A DNA stretch of 62,149 bases from Aquificaceae bacterium (GTDB lineage Bacteria; Aquificota; Aquificia; Aquificales; Aquificaceae): contig JBCNVD010000014.1 in the NCBI GenBank assembly GCA_039630345.1, positions 1 to 62,149 on the forward strand. The letters are read 5' to 3'. Positions 58,759 through 62,149 of this stretch are shown here, in pieces; positions within the stretch are counted from its first letter, which is position 1, and each line of letters starts with the position of its first letter. Both the position numbers and the translations under genes were made by a program. The notes under the pieces are model-generated. The model was given only the letters and a program-made list of their open reading frames with translations. It was not told where the DNA came from and did no database searches.

Positions 58759-58770
58759 ATCATGATTTAA

Positions 58771-59028
58771 TTACTTCTTTTGCTCGCCTGCAGGCTGTTG
58801 CTGTTGCTGCTGTTGTTGCTGCTGTTGTTGTTGTTGATCTCCTGCAGGCTGTTGTTGCTCAGCTGGTTGCTGCTGCTGCTCAGCTGGTTGAGCTGGTGCT
58901 GGTGGGGGTTGAGGTGCAGCTGGTGCTGGTTGCTGCTCCGCGGGTGGTTGCTCAGCCGGCTTTTGCTGGCAAGAAACCAAAACCATTGCCGCAATCGCCA
59001 CTGCTACAAGGCTTGCAAGCTTTCTCAT
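58771..59028 (-). CDS. Small Gln/Pro/Ala-rich lipoprotein
   Basis: SD AAGGAGGTGA; signal MRKLASLVAVAIAAMVLVSC; low-complexity mature part with PAEQQ repeats and poly-Q. Confidence 0.8.
   Translation of the reverse strand: MRKLASLVAVAIAAMVLVSCQQKPAEQPPAEQQPAPAAPQPPPAPAQPAEQQQQPAEQQQPAGDQQQQQQQQQQQQQQPAGEQKK
58790..58960 (-). repeat. CAG/CAA-rich low-complexity repeat encoding PAEQQ units and poly-Gln
   Basis: Runs of GCTGTT/GTTGCT on the plus strand; mixed CAA/CAG codons on the coding strand. Confidence 0.85.
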
Positions 59029-59102
59029 AACCTTTCACCTCCTTGAGATTAGCATAGATTAAAACATCAAAAGTCCATGTTGTCAACAGGTATAATTCCC
59101 TT

Positions 59103-60536
59103 ATGAGGATAGAAATACTCAAAGCAAAGGCGGACGAAATAAACATTCCAGTTGCCATCTTTGTCTTTGAAGACGAAGAGATTAAAGCAGGGCTAAAAGA
59201 GTCTGCCCTGAAAAAGCTTAGAGAACTGGCATCTTTAGAGCGCTACAAAGCCAAAGAATCAGCAATACTAAAACTCAATGTAGAAGAGTATGGCGCTGTT
59301 TATCTTTGTGGTCTTGGAAAAAGAGCCGAGCTAACTGCGGATAAACTAAGGAGAGTTTCAGCAAATCTTACAAAAAGCCTTAGAAAATCAGGACCTGAAA
59401 AAGTCGCAATAGACGCTCAAGACAAAGACTTTGACCATCTTAGAGCTCTCGTAGAGGGCGCACAGCTTGGGCTTTATAGCTTTGAAGAATACAAAAGCAA
59501 AAACGAAAGCAAAATGCCAGAGACGATTTACATCCTGACTGAGGAAGAAAAAGCTTTTAATCTGGGTATTTTGTTTGCAAAAGCCCAGATGTTTGCAAGA
59601 GATTTGGCAAACGAGCCACCTAATGTCATTAATCCAGTTACTCTGGCAGAAAGAGCTCTGGAGCTTTCGAAAGATTTAGCGCTTGAGTGTAAAGTTTTTG
59701 ACGAAAAAGAGCTTGAAAGGATGGGAATGAACGCCATTTTAAGTGTTGGAAAAGGCTCAGAGACCCCGCCAAGACTTGTTCATATAGCTTACAAACCCCA
59801 AAATCCAAAAGACAAAATAGCCCTTGTCGGTAAGGCTCTTACTTTTGATAGCGGGGGATTAAATATCAAAACAGGCGAATACATGCGCGGGATGAAGTTT
59901 GATAAATCAGGCGCCTGCGCAGTTCTTGGGGTTGTAAAGGCACTTCCACAGCTAGGCGCAAATGTCGAGGTTCACGCCATTTTTGCAGCCACTGAAAATA
60001 TGCCCTCTGGAAGAGCCTATAGACCCGACGACATAATAAGGGCAAAAAACGGAAAATACATAGAAATTGATAACACAGACGCAGAGGGCAGGGTAACGCT
60101 TGCAGACGCTTTGAGCTATGCCTGCGAGCTTGGCGTTTCAAAGGTTATAGACCTTGCAACACTCACTGGTGCTTGTATGGTAGCGCTCGGGGAATATACC
60201 GCAGGACTCTTTAGCAACGATCCAGAACTCTCAGGGCTTTTGAAAGAAGTTTCAAAATTTACAGGCGAAAGGCTATGGGAACTTCCGCTTGACGATGAAA
60301 AACTCAGGGAAAAAATCAAAAGATGTGATGCGGATGTTGTCAATACAGGAGGGCGATACGGAGGTGCTATAACAGCAGCGATGTTTTTACAGGAATTTAT
60401 CAAAGAAGGCATAAAATGGGCTCATCTAGACATAGCAGGACCTGCGCATGCGAGGGAAGAGTGGGGCTATTACTCAAAAGGAGCTTCCGGATTTGGCACA
60501 AGAACCTGCCTTGAGCTTATAAGAAGACTACAATGA
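59103..60536 (+). CDS. pepA: Leucyl aminopeptidase (M17)
   Basis: VGKALTFDSGG, MKFDKSGA, ENMPSG, NTDAEGR, DLATLTGA, WAHLDIAG. Confidence 0.97.
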   Translation: MRIEILKAKADEINIPVAIFVFEDEEIKAGLKESALKKLRELASLERYKAKESAILKLNVEEYGAVYLCGLGKRAELTADKLRRVSANLTKSLRKSGPEKVAIDAQDKDFDHLRALVEGAQLGLYSFEEYKSKNESKMPETIYILTEEEKAFNLGILFAKAQMFARDLANEPPNVINPVTLAERALELSKDLALECKVFDEKELERMGMNAILSVGKGSETPPRLVHIAYKPQNPKDKIALVGKALTFDSGGLNIKTGEYMRGMKFDKSGACAVLGVVKALPQLGANVEVHAIFAATENMPSGRAYRPDDIIRAKNGKYIEIDNTDAEGRVTLADALSYACELGVSKVIDLATLTGACMVALGEYTAGLFSNDPELSGLLKEVSKFTGERLWELPLDDEKLREKIKRCDADVVNTGGRYGGAITAAMFLQEFIKEGIKWAHLDIAGPAHAREEWGYYSKGASGFGTRTCLELIRRLQ

Positions 60537-62047
60537 AAGACATTCTCAAAAAAATAGATATAGTAGAGGTAATCAGCTCTTACATACCTCTTAAAAAAAC
60601 CGGCAACAGCTACAGCGCAAACTGCCCTTTTCACAAGGATGACACGCCTTCGCTTTTTGTATCGCCTTCAAGAGGTATTTTCAAATGCTTTGGATGCGGT
60701 GTTGGCGGGGATGCAATCAAATTTGTCTCGCTTTACGAGGGCATTGGATATTTAGAAGCCTATGAAAAGCTTGCAATAAAGTATAACCTGCCCTTAATTA
60801 AGCGTCCGAAAGAAAAAGACCCGGAGGTTTTAAGGGCGCTCTCTCTTGTAAACGAATTTTACCAGGAAGAGCTTTCAAAATCCAAAGAGGCGCTTGATTA
60901 CCTTGCCTCAAGAAATATAACATCGAAGTTTGCAAAGAGGTTTGGTCTTGGTTTTAGCCCAAAAAACTCCTCTTTAATAAAAACCCTGAGAGAAGCTAAT
61001 TTAATTGACGCTTATTTAAAAACCAATAACCTGATAAAGCTCCCTGATGGTCAGCTAAGAGACCTTTTTAGAAACAGACTAATTATTCCGATTTTTGACA
61101 TAAAAGGAAATGTCATCGGATTTGGCGCAAGAAGCATTGATAACTCAGAGCCAAAATACCTAAACTCTTCAGAATCTGAAGTTTTTCAAAAGAGCAAACA
61201 GCTCTTTGGTCTTTATCAGGCAATTGAATACATAAAAGAGGAAAAAACAGCGCTTTTGGTTGAAGGGTATATGGATGTTATAAGTTTGCACCAATCAGGG
61301 TTTAGAAATGCATTGGCTCCCCTTGGCACTTCGCTAACATCCAATCAGGCAAAACTTCTATCAAGCATTGCTAAAAAAGTTATAGTGATGTTTGATGGGG
61401 ACGAAGCTGGCAAAAGAGCGTCAAAAAGCGCAATATGCCAGCTACTCTCTCAAGGCATAGAGGTTTTATATGTCAGTTTACCTCCGGGCGAAGACCCTGA
61501 TTCGCTATCAAGGAAAGACACAAACCTCTTAAAAGAGCTATTAATAAAACCAAAAAATCCCTTTGAAGTTATGATTGAGGAGATAAAAAATGGAAACAAA
61601 AATTTAATAGACGAATTTTTAAGTTTGTGTGAGTGTTTAAAAGACGAAATTTCTGCGTTTTCTTATATATCTGAGATTGCAAAAATTACCAACCTGCCGG
61701 TAACTATCCTTGCAAACAGACTGAAAAAAACAAAAACACCAGAAAAAGAAAATCACTCGCTTACATACAGCCAGATGGCTATTTTAAAGTATTTTATCGA
61801 TACAGGATATGAGCCAAACTCAATAGACCTAACGCCAGAGCTAGTGGAGTTAGTAGAAAAGATAAAGCAAGGTAGACTCGAAGAGATTCCCCCAGAGATT
61901 CTTAAAATGAAAATAAAAAATATCGACTTAATCTTAGAAAGCTTAAAAAATAATCAGACTGAGCTCTCTCTTGCTTTGGAAAGTGCAGAAGGATTGGAAA
62001 GCATTAGGAACCTGATGAAGAAAACACCAAGATTAAGAGGCATTTAG
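60533..62047 (+). CDS. dnaG: DNA primase
   Basis: CPFH.DDTPS...FKCFGCG zinc finger, PKYLNS, VEGYMDVI, FDGDEAG (TOPRIM), DPD. Confidence 0.97.
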   Translation: MKDILKKIDIVEVISSYIPLKKTGNSYSANCPFHKDDTPSLFVSPSRGIFKCFGCGVGGDAIKFVSLYEGIGYLEAYEKLAIKYNLPLIKRPKEKDPEVLRALSLVNEFYQEELSKSKEALDYLASRNITSKFAKRFGLGFSPKNSSLIKTLREANLIDAYLKTNNLIKLPDGQLRDLFRNRLIIPIFDIKGNVIGFGARSIDNSEPKYLNSSESEVFQKSKQLFGLYQAIEYIKEEKTALLVEGYMDVISLHQSGFRNALAPLGTSLTSNQAKLLSSIAKKVIVMFDGDEAGKRASKSAICQLLSQGIEVLYVSLPPGEDPDSLSRKDTNLLKELLIKPKNPFEVMIEEIKNGNKNLIDEFLSLCECLKDEISAFSYISEIAKITNLPVTILANRLKKTKTPEKENHSLTYSQMAILKYFIDTGYEPNSIDLTPELVELVEKIKQGRLEEIPPEILKMKIKNIDLILESLKNNQTELSLALESAEGLESIRNLMKKTPRLRGI

Positions 62048-62149
62048 ATGAATCTTGAGGAGAGATTTAAGTTATCTGTAAGGCTGGCAAGTTTTGACAA
62101 AGAGAACATAGACTTTGAAAAGTGCGTCTTTGAAGCATCCGCAAGAGGC
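62048..62149 (+). CDS. Partial CDS of unknown function; runs off the window edge
   Basis: ATG immediately after the dnaG stop, open to the end: MNLEERFKLSVRLASFDKENIDFEKCVFEASARG. Confidence 0.5.
   Translation, partial: MNLEERFKLSVRLASFDKENIDFEKCVFEASARG

Noticed and set aside
58790..58960. Repeat region as a possible CRISPR array or mobile-element repeat
   Set aside because: It is a trinucleotide-based coding repeat with no constant repeat/unique spacer structure and no cas genes.
58767..59046. Alternative ORFs over the Gln-rich repeat (poly-Leu on plus strand; Asn/Ser-rich on minus strand)
   Set aside because: Shadow frames of the CAG/CAA repeat. Only 58771-59028 has an SD and a lipoprotein signal.

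Overview
A very gene-dense chromosomal segment, most likely from a thermophilic member of the Aquificota (Aquificaceae-like). That placement is inferred from a PolA lacking the 5'-3' exonuclease, an enlarged ThyX, a DUF1122-type gene, scattered reductive-TCA genes and scrambled operons. It holds about 60 CDSs, mostly housekeeping (translation, cell division and wall, lipid A, amino-acid and cofactor biosynthesis, replication), plus one tRNA-Lys(UUU). I saw no rRNA, CRISPR array, integrase or transposase. Six signals stand out. (1) A self-contained sigma54 module: palindromic enhancer, -24/-12 promoter, two DUF2173-like paralogs, an SCP2-like protein and a Cys-rich PAS enhancer-binding protein. 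(2) An unannotated 22-codon upstream ORF with its Shine-Dalgarno in a hairpin, overlapping the start of speD and reminiscent of polyamine-sensing uORFs. (3) A pervasive TAnnnT-N6/7-start-codon leaderless architecture, including overlapping bidirectional -10 boxes. (4) An MglB/DUF4388/MglA GTPase module. (5) A degenerate molybdoenzyme-like subunit. (6) An internally duplicated ThyX. All family assignments are from motif recognition by eye, with no database search.
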